Source: an uncultured Chthonomonas sp.
GTDB lineage: Bacteria; Armatimonadota; Chthonomonadetes; Chthonomonadales; Chthonomonadaceae
Reading direction: 5' to 3'
Assembly (NCBI GenBank): GCA_903859705.1
Contig: CAIONQ010000063.1
Span: forward strand, 55,611 to 119,610
Length of the DNA: 64,000 nucleotides
This document shows positions 18,726-28,055 of the stretch, piece after piece. The notes beneath the pieces were generated by a model that was given only the letters and a program-made list of their open reading frames with translations, had not been told where the DNA came from and made no database searches. Each line of letters opens with the position of its first letter. Within the stretch, counting starts at the first letter, position 1. The position numbers were made by a program, and so were the translations under genes.

Positions 18726-19953
18726 ACCCCTCCTTCCCGTTGTACAGCTCCTGCCACACTTTTTTTACCTGCTTCAAGAGGCGATACTGGCTTATCCACG
18801 CCTCGGCGGTTGTATGAGTGAGGGCGAAACCGAACTGTTGGCCCGGTTGAGATATCCGTTCCAGAATATCGTTAACTGGCAGATCAACCTGGTAGCGATA
18901 CTGAAAAGCCATGCGCTGCCATAGAGGCGGGCTGTTGATCTGGGCGGCTCGGACGATGTCTTCTCGCTGTGCCTCCAACTGCTTCCTTGTCTCGATGGCC
19001 ATCCGGGCAAACGGCAGCCGGACAGAGAGCTCAGTCAGTTTTTCCTGAATTGCCAATCTGGTGATCTCTGGCCATCGGCCGGTAACTCGCTCCATCGCAA
19101 CCTCACGGCTAAGTCCGAAGTAGTACCTGGCAGTCGCAGTCACCAGCTCTTCCCATCGGGGTTCTGCATCTGGTACTGAAGAGCTGTTCCAGTGGTCTGT
19201 AACGGATGCGTCCGTAAGCGCCGGGTTACTCAGCAGCTCTTTCAGCAAGTTCAGAGGGTCCAGCATGAGCTTCCGGTAAACGTACATCAGTACCGTTGCG
19301 GGATCGTACAAAATGCCCAAAATCAGCTCCGCATTCACCGCATGGTGGTATTGCTTTAGTGCGCCGCGGAACGTGTAGACGAGGTCTTCCATTTCATCAC
19401 CATCGTCAAAAAACATACTGGCAATGGCTTGCCTGATATTTATCTCTTCTTCAATGCTGTTGGCATCTACCTTTAGCCACCGCACATCTGCACACCACAT
19501 TATCTGTTGGTACAAATCTCGGTTGATGGCGTCAATTTCAATGTTGATGTCATCAGGATCATCTTCCTCGAGGCCTTCTTCCGTATGAAGCTGTGAGAGT
19601 TGAATTGGGCGTCGCTTGCGAAAATGGTCAATGCAAAGGTTGTCTGCAGTTTTGCGCAACAACGCAAATACGCCGTTTCCTGACCTCACGTCGGTAGTAT
19701 GTCGGCTTTCCCAAAGGCGACTGCAGGCCATATTCACAATTTCTTCGCGATCATCATATTGGATTGAGCAGTAGCTTCTTATTAGGTAGTGCTTGAGTCT
19801 CGGTGTCAGTTCTTCAACAAGCCTATCAAAGGCTCGTTTAGCATTATTTGAATCGGCCGATGTCACTGCTGTCCATAAACGCAGTATTTCCACTCTGAAT
19901 CTCCCACAAAAATCCCCCTGCAACGAGGGAAGAACAGACAGCGGCCACCGCAC
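18715..19953 (-). CDS. Sigma-70 family-like protein (412 aa) with a region-2-like N-terminus, a long insert and a degenerate region-4-like segment
   Basis: 'AFDRLVEELTPRLKHYLIRSYCSIQYDDREEIVNMACSRLWESRH...GVFALLRKTADNLCIDHFRKRRP' matches the ECF region-2 pattern. 'ARYYFGLSREVAMERVTGRWPEITRLAIQEKL' is region-4/HTH-like. This is an atypical architecture. Confidence 0.55.
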   Translation of the reverse strand: MRWPLSVLPSLQGDFCGRFRVEILRLWTAVTSADSNNAKRAFDRLVEELTPRLKHYLIRSYCSIQYDDREEIVNMACSRLWESRHTTDVRSGNGVFALLRKTADNLCIDHFRKRRPIQLSQLHTEEGLEEDDPDDINIEIDAINRDLYQQIMWCADVRWLKVDANSIEEEINIRQAIASMFFDDGDEMEDLVYTFRGALKQYHHAVNAELILGILYDPATVLMYVYRKLMLDPLNLLKELLSNPALTDASVTDHWNSSSVPDAEPRWEELVTATARYYFGLSREVAMERVTGRWPEITRLAIQEKLTELSVRLPFARMAIETRKQLEAQREDIVRAAQINSPPLWQRMAFQYRYQVDLPVNDILERISQPGQQFGFALTHTTAEAWISQYRLLKQVKKVWQELYNGKEGFDA

Positions 19954-20085
19954 TCAAATTAACTGTGTGGTGCCCGTGGTAAAACAATAGGCCCGTGCGA
20001 CTTCATAGGTGCAAACAGGCAGTCTTTGCAACAATACCGAACTATTGGACCGGTTTGCTAAGGAATCCTCTTTAATTAAACCCCA

Positions 20086-21558
20086 CTATGTGAGATTGCT
20101 TGCCTGCTCAGGATTATGAGCTCCTGGTGCAGTGGAATCGTAGTTTCGTAGTGCCGGCCATTTAATAGCCGCAAAGGCTACAACCAACAAACAACCGATG
20201 CCGCCGCTGACCACGGAGAACACCGGGTTCGTGTATTTGGATACTACACCAGATTCAATGCCGCCAATTTCATTGGAGCTGTTTACAAAAATCGCATTGA
20301 TTGCGTTAACTCTGCCACGCATTTCATTGGGAGTCAGTGTTTGGATCAGCGTTTGCCTCACCACCACACTTATCATATCCAACGCACCAATAAGTGCCAG
20401 AGCTACCAACGCTACAGGTAGCGAGTGGGAGTAGCCGAACACTATGGTGGCAACCCCAAATCCGGCCACTGCAATTAGCATAGCCTGGCCCGGTCTCCTT
20501 ACAGGCGGCATATGGGTCATTAGCAAAGCTGTAAGCAAGGCACCAAAAGAACCTGCACTGCGCATTAGCCCAAGCGATCCTGCCCCGGTATGGAGGATGT
20601 CGGATGCATACACTGGCAACAGGGAAACCGCACCACCAAACAATACTGCCAGCAAATCAAGAGTTATGGTAGCCAGAATGATGTTTGTGCCGCGCACATA
20701 GTGTATGCCGGCGGCAAGCGCTGCCCAGGTTACGGGCTCACGCTTAGTCGAACGCTCTTCATTTAGCTGTAACTTTGATAATAGCCAGGCGCAACTTAGC
20801 CCGATACACCCTGCCAGCACATACACCACAAACGGAAAGGCCGGGCGTCCTACAGCAACTACCTTGTGCAGGGGGCCCTTTGCGCCTGTTGCAACTATCG
20901 GGTGGATTGCCACTGGAAGCTTGCTGCCAAGTTTGGAAGTAAACTCCAGCAGATAACCACCCACCGCCGCACCTGTCATCACGGCAATTCGGCGGATACT
21001 GGTGTCCCATGAGATCGCGCTTGCCAGGTTCTCTTTTGGCACAATCTGCGGCATGATGGAGGCACGCGCCGGGTTGCCAAACGCACGTGCTGTCATTGCG
21101 CAAAACAGGCACAGATAAAACAGTGGCACCGGCCCATGAAATGCAGATAAAAGCGCCAGCAGCAAGGTGAATACCGAAAACGTTGTTTGTGCGGTAACAC
21201 TCACCAGCTTGCGCGGCATCCGGTCTGCAAGGTGCCCGGCGGGGAGAGCAAAGAGTAGGATAGGGGCCGCCTGGGATAAGCCCACATACGCCACCACTAG
21301 ATTATCCTGGGTCCGGGCATACAATTCCCAACTTACGGCAACACTCTGGATAGCATCTGCAAATCCAGATAGATTCCTGCCTGCAGTAAACAGCCGATAT
21401 TGCGGCAAACGCAGGGGGGTGTAAGGATCGGTAGCTTTGCCCTGTACCGGAGGTGTAGTTGTTGCTTCCACGCTGAGTAGTGTACCCTTATGATGCCGTA
21501 AGGGAGGCGGCAATCTATTGGTGCTACCGGCCGGGCCAGGCATATCCGTTTTCAACAC
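20086..21558 (-). CDS. MFS transporter
   Basis: 12–14 predicted transmembrane helices with MFS-like loop motifs ('GHLADRMPRKL'). 490 aa. The start is ambiguous (GTG 21558 or ATG 21543). Confidence 0.8.
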   Translation of the reverse strand: MLKTDMPGPAGSTNRLPPPLRHHKGTLLSVEATTTPPVQGKATDPYTPLRLPQYRLFTAGRNLSGFADAIQSVAVSWELYARTQDNLVVAYVGLSQAAPILLFALPAGHLADRMPRKLVSVTAQTTFSVFTLLLALLSAFHGPVPLFYLCLFCAMTARAFGNPARASIMPQIVPKENLASAISWDTSIRRIAVMTGAAVGGYLLEFTSKLGSKLPVAIHPIVATGAKGPLHKVVAVGRPAFPFVVYVLAGCIGLSCAWLLSKLQLNEERSTKREPVTWAALAAGIHYVRGTNIILATITLDLLAVLFGGAVSLLPVYASDILHTGAGSLGLMRSAGSFGALLTALLMTHMPPVRRPGQAMLIAVAGFGVATIVFGYSHSLPVALVALALIGALDMISVVVRQTLIQTLTPNEMRGRVNAINAIFVNSSNEIGGIESGVVSKYTNPVFSVVSGGIGCLLVVAFAAIKWPALRNYDSTAPGAHNPEQASNLT

Positions 21559-21605
21559 GATTTATGGCGAATTGGTATTTAATAAAGTACCTTTACTAAA
21601 GGTGA

Positions 21606-21634
21606 TTGACAAAACATTGCAAGGCGGATAGAAT
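21606..21634 (+). promoter_or_regulatory. Near-consensus sigma70 promoter (-35 TTGACA, 17-nt spacer, -10 TAGAAT). It implies a leaderless or near-leaderless mRNA for the ROK regulator.
   Basis: The -10 hexamer ends 6 nt before ATG 21641. There is no Shine-Dalgarno sequence in between. Confidence 0.5.
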
Positions 21635-21640
21635 ACTACA

Positions 21641-22870
21641 ATGAACAGCCTTTCTGCCGTACAACCCAACCTCTTGAGCCGGATTAACGAGCGCCAGGTG
21701 CTGCGTGCAATCCAGTCGCTCGGGCCAATGTCTCGTGCAGAGGTTGCCCGCCACTCCGGCATAAGCGCACCAACGGTTTCTCGTGCTGTTGAGGCCCTGT
21801 TGAAGGCGGGCCTGTTGGAAGAAAGCCGGGCCCCTGAACTGCTTCGTGGTCGCCCGGCCAAGCGCCTGCGTCTGGCAACCGACGCCTCGCAGGTTCTGGG
21901 CCTCGTTATAGATGCACACACTTGCCGCATGGTTTCTGCGGGCCTGGATGGCGAAATTGACGGAGCGCGCATACGCGAGTTTGTAACACCGGATAGTTAT
22001 GAGTGTCTCCTTGATATAGCAGCCTCCGAAGCTCTTGCTTTTATGGCATATAGCGGGCGAGCTACCCTCGGCATGGCAATTAGCATGCCTGGCCTCATCA
22101 ACACGCGCACTGCCGTTTCTGTACTTTCTCCTAACGTGCCGATTACCAACACGCATGCTATGGGTAGGGATCTGGAAAGCAGGCTGGGTATTGGCTGCCT
22201 TATGGTACAAGAAGCCGATGCGTTGTGCCTTGCTGAGCGCCGTTTTGGGGCTGCCCTGGGGGTAGATGATTTCGCCATGCTGGATGTTAGTACTGGCGTT
22301 GGCCTGGGTATTGTCAGCGGTGGTAGGCTGATTACCGGGTACAGTGGCCTGGCCGGCGAAATTGGGCACATAACCGTGGAGTTGGATGGTCGGCAGTGCG
22401 GCTGCGGAAACTCTGGCTGCCTGGAAACGGTGGCGGGAGATAGTGCCCTGGCACATGCTGTTTCTCAAAAGCTGGGTAAAGTAGTCTCGGTTCAGCATGC
22501 ACTGAGCCTTATTCGCTCTGGCGAAATCGATGCCCGCGCCGAGATGAACCGTACATGCCGTTACCTTGCGGTTGGGGTGGCTGCAGTTATAAATATGCTC
22601 AACCCTTCCACCTTGTTTGTGCACGGCGAGCTGTTTTCGGCAGATGCCAGCCTGTTTGGCAGCATGGTGGAAGAAACACGGCGGCGCGCATTGCCGCCTT
22701 CGTTTGCAGACTGCAGGATAGTGCAAGCTCGGGGTAGCAAGCGGCAAGGGGCAATAGCCGCTGTTATAGAATACTTAACCAATGGAGTTGCGCCAGAGCT
22801 TAATCAGCAGCGGTACTTAACTCCAGAGTCATCATATATGGCACTTAAACAGGCCACTGGCAGCCGGTAA
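21641..22870 (+). CDS. ROK-family transcriptional regulator (NagC/XylR type)
   Basis: N-terminal HTH 'SRAEVARHSGISAPTVSRAVEAL'. ROK signature with zinc cysteines 'GEIGHITVELDGRQCGCGNSGCLETV'. Confidence 0.88.
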   Translation: MNSLSAVQPNLLSRINERQVLRAIQSLGPMSRAEVARHSGISAPTVSRAVEALLKAGLLEESRAPELLRGRPAKRLRLATDASQVLGLVIDAHTCRMVSAGLDGEIDGARIREFVTPDSYECLLDIAASEALAFMAYSGRATLGMAISMPGLINTRTAVSVLSPNVPITNTHAMGRDLESRLGIGCLMVQEADALCLAERRFGAALGVDDFAMLDVSTGVGLGIVSGGRLITGYSGLAGEIGHITVELDGRQCGCGNSGCLETVAGDSALAHAVSQKLGKVVSVQHALSLIRSGEIDARAEMNRTCRYLAVGVAAVINMLNPSTLFVHGELFSADASLFGSMVEETRRRALPPSFADCRIVQARGSKRQGAIAAVIEYLTNGVAPELNQQRYLTPESSYMALKQATGSR

Positions 22871-22945
22871 CGGCTGTACTAAACTCTCCCCGTTTCGCGC
22901 AATCTCGATTTCGAGAATGCCGAAACGCGAGATAACGGGACAACG

Positions 22946-25495
22946 ATGCATCAGGCAACACATAGAATGCGGGCCAGGCTCTTAACTATTGCAATTGCAA
23001 TTCCAACAACGGTAATTGTGGTTGCAGCACACGCTGGCCCTCCAGTGGTCGGCCGCCCTTCTTATCCTGGCCCCAGCCCGGACAAGGTGCGATTTTTCAA
23101 CACAGAAGTACTGCCAATTCTGAAGGAATCGTGCTTCAATTGCCACGGTAGCGGAGCGCAGTTAAGCGGCGGCCTGAGTATGACCACGCACGATTCTCTG
23201 TTTAAGGGCGGCGTATCGGGCTCTGCACTCAGGGCAGATAAGCCGGAAGATAGCCTGCTGGTAAAAGCTGTTAACTATCAGGGCCGAGAAATGCCGCCCT
23301 CTGGCAAGCTGCCACCCGCAAAGATAGCCGTTCTCACCAAATGGGTTGCTATGGGTGCACCCATGCCGCTCGGTTCTGTTGCTGCACCGGGGGCTGCCAA
23401 GCCCAGCGGAATTCCCGTAACGCCGGAAACAAAAAACTTCTGGAGTTTCAAACTTCCAAAACGCTCCCCGCTTCCCACGGTAAAGAACAAAGCGTGGAGC
23501 GCAAACCCAATCGATAGGTTCATCCTTGCGGGCCTCGAGAAAAATGCTCTGCTTCCTGCGCCTCGTGCCTCTAAAATTGCCCTGCTTCGGCGCGCAACCT
23601 ATGATTTAACAGGGCTGCCGCCAACGCCTAAAGAGGTCGCAGATTTTCTTGCAGACACATCCCCAAAGGCATACGAAAAGGTTGTAGATCGCCTGCTGGC
23701 ATCTCCCCATTATGGAGAGCGTTGGGCACGCCATTGGCTGGATCTGGTAAGGTACGCCGAGAGCAACAGCTTTGAGCGAGATAACCCCAAGCCTTTTGCA
23801 TGGCGATACCGGGACTATGTAATTGGCGCGCTGAACAACGATAAGCCGTATAACCAGTTTATCACGGAGCAGCTTGCCGGTGATGAGCTGCCGAAGAGAA
23901 CAGATGAAGCGCTAATTGCCACCGGTTACTATCGCCTTGGCGCGTGGGATGATGAGCCATCAGATCATGAACAGGCCCGCTATGATGAACTCGACGACAT
24001 TGTGGCGACCACCGGCCAGGTGTTCCTGGGGCTTACCGTAAACTGCTCTCGCTGCCACGATCATAAGATTGATCCAATACCACAGAAGGATTACTACCGG
24101 CTCCTCTCATTCTTTCAGGGAACAAAGCGGTACGGTGGTACTGGCGGGTCTGTAGAACAGAACTCTCTTCGTGCAATTGGTCCAGAAGAAGAAAAACAGC
24201 GATTTGCGCGGGAAGACAGCGAGTATCACCGCAAACTTTCTGGCGTACTTACTCGCCTCAAAGCCATTGAGGGCGCAATCATCCCCGATCTTTCCTCTGT
24301 CGAAAAGGAAGAATGGGGCAATCCTCAGGCTCGGCTTGCAGCGCTAAAAAAGCGGGTGCCGGCAAAAGTGGCAGAAGAAACCTACCGCGAAGCCATAGCA
24401 CTGGACAATGAACGTAGAGATCTGGAAAAGTCCCCACCAAAAGGGCTTGAGTTGGCGCTGTGCGTTACAGAGGGTGGCAAAACAGTACCCGCAACACATG
24501 TTATGCTGCGTGGCAACCCGCATGTGCCGGGAGACGAAGTGCAGCCCGGCTTCTTGAGCGTGCTCAGTCCGCCAGAGCCGGTTATACCAGAGTTGCCTTC
24601 AGACGTGGCGTCTTCTGGCCGTCGCTCAGCCCTGGCCGCCTGGATTGCTTCCGCCAATAACCCGCTCACCGCGCGAGTATTTGTCAACAGAATTTGGCAG
24701 CACCATTTCGGCAGAGGAATTGTTCGCACTACCAGCAATTTCGGTTTTCAGGGCTCAGCACCAACCCATCCGGAACTGCTGGATTGGCTCTCAACCGAAG
24801 TTGTAAAAAGCGGCTGGAAAATCAAAACTCTCCACAGGTTAATAATGCTCTCCAACACTTACTGCATGAGCTCTAAAGGCAATGCTGTTGGCCTGAAGAA
24901 GGATCCGGAGAACAACCTGTTCTGGCGTTTTGATATGCGTAGGTTGGATGCAGAAGAAATAAGAGACTCCATGCTGGCGGTTAACGGAACTCTAAATCTT
25001 CAGATGGGTGGCCCACCTGTTTATCCCAAAATTCCGGCAGAGGTGCTGGCCGGCGAATCGCGCCCGGGCGCAAACTGGGAAGATTCAACTCCGGAACAGA
25101 TGGCGCGGCGCTCTGTGTACATCCACATAAAGCGATCGCTAACAGTACCCATCCTGGCATCCTTCGATGTGGCCGATACGGATTTCACCTGCCCTGTTCG
25201 ATTTGCCACCACACAGCCAACTCAGGCTCTGGGGTTAATAAACAGCACGTTCGCAAACGAGGAAGCAGCACTCTTCGCAGAGTACGCCCGCAAACAGGCG
25301 CCGGAGAGCTCGGCGAAGCAGATATCCCTTATACTGGCCCGCGTAACGCAGCGCACTCCGACTGCGGCCGAGATAGCCAGAGGGCAGAAGTTCATCAAAA
25401 CCGTGATGACAAGAGATCATGTTTCTGAGCAGGATGCGCTGAAATACTACTGCGTAGTTGCGCTTAACCTGAACGAGTTTATCTATCTGGATTGA
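22946..25495 (+). CDS. PSCyt/PSD protein (planctomycete cytochrome c domain + DUF1549 + DUF1553)
   Basis: Signal peptide. Heme-binding motif 'CFNCHG' and a second 'CSRCHDHK'. The 849-aa architecture is typical of the PVC-specific family. Confidence 0.88.
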   Translation: MHQATHRMRARLLTIAIAIPTTVIVVAAHAGPPVVGRPSYPGPSPDKVRFFNTEVLPILKESCFNCHGSGAQLSGGLSMTTHDSLFKGGVSGSALRADKPEDSLLVKAVNYQGREMPPSGKLPPAKIAVLTKWVAMGAPMPLGSVAAPGAAKPSGIPVTPETKNFWSFKLPKRSPLPTVKNKAWSANPIDRFILAGLEKNALLPAPRASKIALLRRATYDLTGLPPTPKEVADFLADTSPKAYEKVVDRLLASPHYGERWARHWLDLVRYAESNSFERDNPKPFAWRYRDYVIGALNNDKPYNQFITEQLAGDELPKRTDEALIATGYYRLGAWDDEPSDHEQARYDELDDIVATTGQVFLGLTVNCSRCHDHKIDPIPQKDYYRLLSFFQGTKRYGGTGGSVEQNSLRAIGPEEEKQRFAREDSEYHRKLSGVLTRLKAIEGAIIPDLSSVEKEEWGNPQARLAALKKRVPAKVAEETYREAIALDNERRDLEKSPPKGLELALCVTEGGKTVPATHVMLRGNPHVPGDEVQPGFLSVLSPPEPVIPELPSDVASSGRRSALAAWIASANNPLTARVFVNRIWQHHFGRGIVRTTSNFGFQGSAPTHPELLDWLSTEVVKSGWKIKTLHRLIMLSNTYCMSSKGNAVGLKKDPENNLFWRFDMRRLDAEEIRDSMLAVNGTLNLQMGGPPVYPKIPAEVLAGESRPGANWEDSTPEQMARRSVYIHIKRSLTVPILASFDVADTDFTCPVRFATTQPTQALGLINSTFANEEAALFAEYARKQAPESSAKQISLILARVTQRTPTAAEIARGQKFIKTVMTRDHVSEQDALKYYCVVALNLNEFIYLD

Positions 25496-25541
25496 TGTGC
25501 CGGGGTGATGTGTTCAGAACAACGAACACGAGGAGAGAGAT

Positions 25542-26993
25542 ATGAGCGAATTTTGTGGCCGAACGCGCCGGGAATTTCTGTGGCAAACAGGTGGTGGCTT
25601 TACTGGCGTAGCCCTGGCATCCATGCTAGCAGAAGATGGATTTATGGATTCGCAGGCGCATGCAGCCGATGGTGTTTCGCGGTTCAGTAATCCGCTGGCC
25701 CCCAAAAAGCCACATTTTCCGGCCAAAGCCAAGAGTGTCATCTTTCTGTATATGTACGGTGGCCCCAGCCAGATAGATACGTTCGACTACAAACCTGGTA
25801 TGAAGGGCATGGATGGCAAAACTGTACAGGTATCCACATTTGGCCGGGGTGGCCACAAAAACGAAGGCCGGATCGTTGAGCCAAAGTGGAACTTCAAGCA
25901 GTATGGTCAGTGCGGCGCCTGGGTGTCGGATCTGTTTCCGAACCTTGCAACCTGCGTAGATGATGTGGCGTTCATCAAATCGATGACCGCCGATTCACCC
26001 ATTCATGGCTCCGCCATGATCCAGATGAACACAGGAAAAATCCTGAGCGGCAGCCCATGCATCGGTTCCTGGGTGAACTATGGTTTGGGCACTGTTAACC
26101 AGAACCTTCCCGGTTTTGTAGTTATGCTGGATCCCAGAGGTGGCCCAATCAGCGGCGCTAAAAACTGGAGCAGCGGTTACATGCCGGCATCCTACCAGGC
26201 AACCGTTACGGTGCCCGGTGATACACCTATTCTGAACCTGAAGCGTCCGGCAGGAGAATCAGACCCGGTTCAGCGCGAGATTTTGGATACTCTCAAAGAG
26301 TACAACTCTGAACATGAGGCCATGCGTGGCGATAACTCTAATCTCGCTGCCCGCATCGCAAGCTATGAACTGGCCTACAGAATGCAATCGGCTGCACCAG
26401 AGGCAATAGATGTTCATAAGGAACCTGCTCACATCCAGGAGATGTACGGCCTGAACGATAAAAAGACTGAGGTGTTCGGAAGGCAGTGTTTAATGGCACG
26501 CCGCATGGTGGAGCGTGGAGTTCGTTTCATTCAGATCTATTCTGGCGGAAACCACACCGAAACCACCTGGGATGCCCACAACGATATTATGGAGAACCAC
26601 ACGCTGCACGCGGGTGAAACTGATAAACCGATTGCTGGCCTGCTGAAAGATCTTAAGCAGCGCGGCATGCTGGATAGCACACTTATCGTGTGGGGCGGCG
26701 AGTTCGGCCGCCAGCCCACCGCAGAATATGCAGTGGGCACTGGCAGAGATCACAACTGCTTCGGCTTTACTATGTGGATGGCGGGTGGCGGAATTAAGGG
26801 TGGCGTAAGCGTTGGGAAAACCGATGAACTTGGAAGCAAGGCCATAGAAGACCCATTCAAGGTGAAGCACCTGCACGCAACCATCCTGCATCAGATGGGC
26901 ATAGATCCGAACCGCCTCAGCTACTTCTATGGCGGCCTTAACCAGAAGCTTGTGGGTGTGGAACATACCGATCCCATCAAGCAGATTATCTAA
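25542..26993 (+). CDS. DUF1501 (sulfatase-like) protein with a Tat signal; canonical partner of PSCyt/DUF1553 proteins
   Basis: Twin-arginine motif 'TRREFLWQTGGGFTGVALASML'. DUF1501-like core. Immediately downstream of the DUF1553 gene. Confidence 0.88.
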   Translation: MSEFCGRTRREFLWQTGGGFTGVALASMLAEDGFMDSQAHAADGVSRFSNPLAPKKPHFPAKAKSVIFLYMYGGPSQIDTFDYKPGMKGMDGKTVQVSTFGRGGHKNEGRIVEPKWNFKQYGQCGAWVSDLFPNLATCVDDVAFIKSMTADSPIHGSAMIQMNTGKILSGSPCIGSWVNYGLGTVNQNLPGFVVMLDPRGGPISGAKNWSSGYMPASYQATVTVPGDTPILNLKRPAGESDPVQREILDTLKEYNSEHEAMRGDNSNLAARIASYELAYRMQSAAPEAIDVHKEPAHIQEMYGLNDKKTEVFGRQCLMARRMVERGVRFIQIYSGGNHTETTWDAHNDIMENHTLHAGETDKPIAGLLKDLKQRGMLDSTLIVWGGEFGRQPTAEYAVGTGRDHNCFGFTMWMAGGGIKGGVSVGKTDELGSKAIEDPFKVKHLHATILHQMGIDPNRLSYFYGGLNQKLVGVEHTDPIKQII

Positions 26994-27081
26994 ATCTTTT
27001 TTCGGCAAGGCGGCAGCAAGAAGATCATCCTTCTGGCTGCCGCTACATTATCTCAACAGTGCTAAGAATGGAGACAACGGC

Positions 27082-28035
27082 GTGGTAAAAACATCGAGAG
27101 TGGCATTGGCAGCTGCAGCGCTGGCCATATGTTTTGTGGGCGGCAAATCTCTGGCTCAGAAGCCAGTGGCACACCGTGTGCTGGCTCAGGATCGCGGACG
27201 TGTTGTGATTCTGGATGAAAATGGCAAGATCACCTGGGAGACACCCTGCAACTTTACATGCCACGATATCTCGATGCTACCGAATGGGAATATCCTATTT
27301 CATACGGATCCCACAACGGTTGTGGAAATGAACCCACAAAAAGAGATTGTGTGGAAGCATGTAAGCACTCGCAAAGAGGGCTACACCGGAGCGGTGGAGG
27401 TCCATGCCTTCCAGCGTCTGCCAAATGGCAACACCATGATTTCTGAAAGCGGCAATGCTCGGATAATTGAGGTGGATAAGGAAGATAAAATCGTACATCA
27501 AATCGCCCTCACCGTGGATCATCCCAGCTCCCACCGAGATACGCGCCTTGCAAGGCAACTGGCAAACGGCAACTACCTCGTGTGCCACGAGGGTGATGGC
27601 GTTATCCGTGAGTACGATCACGATGGCAAAATTGTGTGGACTTACAAGATGGATCTGGATGGTAAGCCCGAAACAGGCTCCCATCAAGGCCATGGCATCA
27701 ATGTTTTTGATGCCATCCGCCTCAAAAATGGCAATACCCTCATTGGCGGCGGCAACGGCAACCGCGTGATGGAAGTTACTCCAGAAGGCAAATGCATCTG
27801 GCAGGTGGGCTACACAGATCTGCCCGGCATTCAGTTCTTCTGGGTAACAACTCTGGAAGTACTGCCCAATGGCCACATCGTAATTGGCAATACGCATGCG
27901 GGCGAGGCGAACCCGCAGATGATTGAGATTACGAAAGATAAGAAAGTGGTTTGGACCCTCAAGAACTGGGAAGCGCTTGGCAACGACACTGCCGCAGCCC
28001 AGGTTCTGGATATCAAAGGAAAAGTGATCCGGTAA
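27082..28035 (+). CDS. Secreted beta-propeller repeat protein (PQQ/ASST/NHL-like)
   Basis: Five 'L(P/A/K)NGN' repeats spaced about 45–50 aa apart. I chose GTG 27082 with GGAGA 7 nt upstream, because the listed start at 26929 overlaps the DUF1501 gene. A signal peptide follows ('VKTSRVALAAAALAICFVGG'). Confidence 0.55.
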   Translation: MVKTSRVALAAAALAICFVGGKSLAQKPVAHRVLAQDRGRVVILDENGKITWETPCNFTCHDISMLPNGNILFHTDPTTVVEMNPQKEIVWKHVSTRKEGYTGAVEVHAFQRLPNGNTMISESGNARIIEVDKEDKIVHQIALTVDHPSSHRDTRLARQLANGNYLVCHEGDGVIREYDHDGKIVWTYKMDLDGKPETGSHQGHGINVFDAIRLKNGNTLIGGGNGNRVMEVTPEGKCIWQVGYTDLPGIQFFWVTTLEVLPNGHIVIGNTHAGEANPQMIEITKDKKVVWTLKNWEALGNDTAAAQVLDIKGKVIR

Positions 28036-28055
28036 ATCCTGATCGAGGAGCGCTT

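Noticed and set aside
21596-22747. 383-aa ORF on the minus strand
   Set aside because: It is fully antisense to the ROK regulator gene, which carries the diagnostic ROK zinc motif and HTH. It has no ribosome-binding site and looks like a GC-rich-genome shadow ORF.
26929-27081. The listed N-terminal extensions of the beta-propeller gene (from 26929) and the GH2 gene (from 27951)
   Set aside because: These extensions overlap the upstream gene or lack signal-peptide logic. Internal GTG starts with GGAG(A/G) ribosome-binding sites directly precede the signal peptides.
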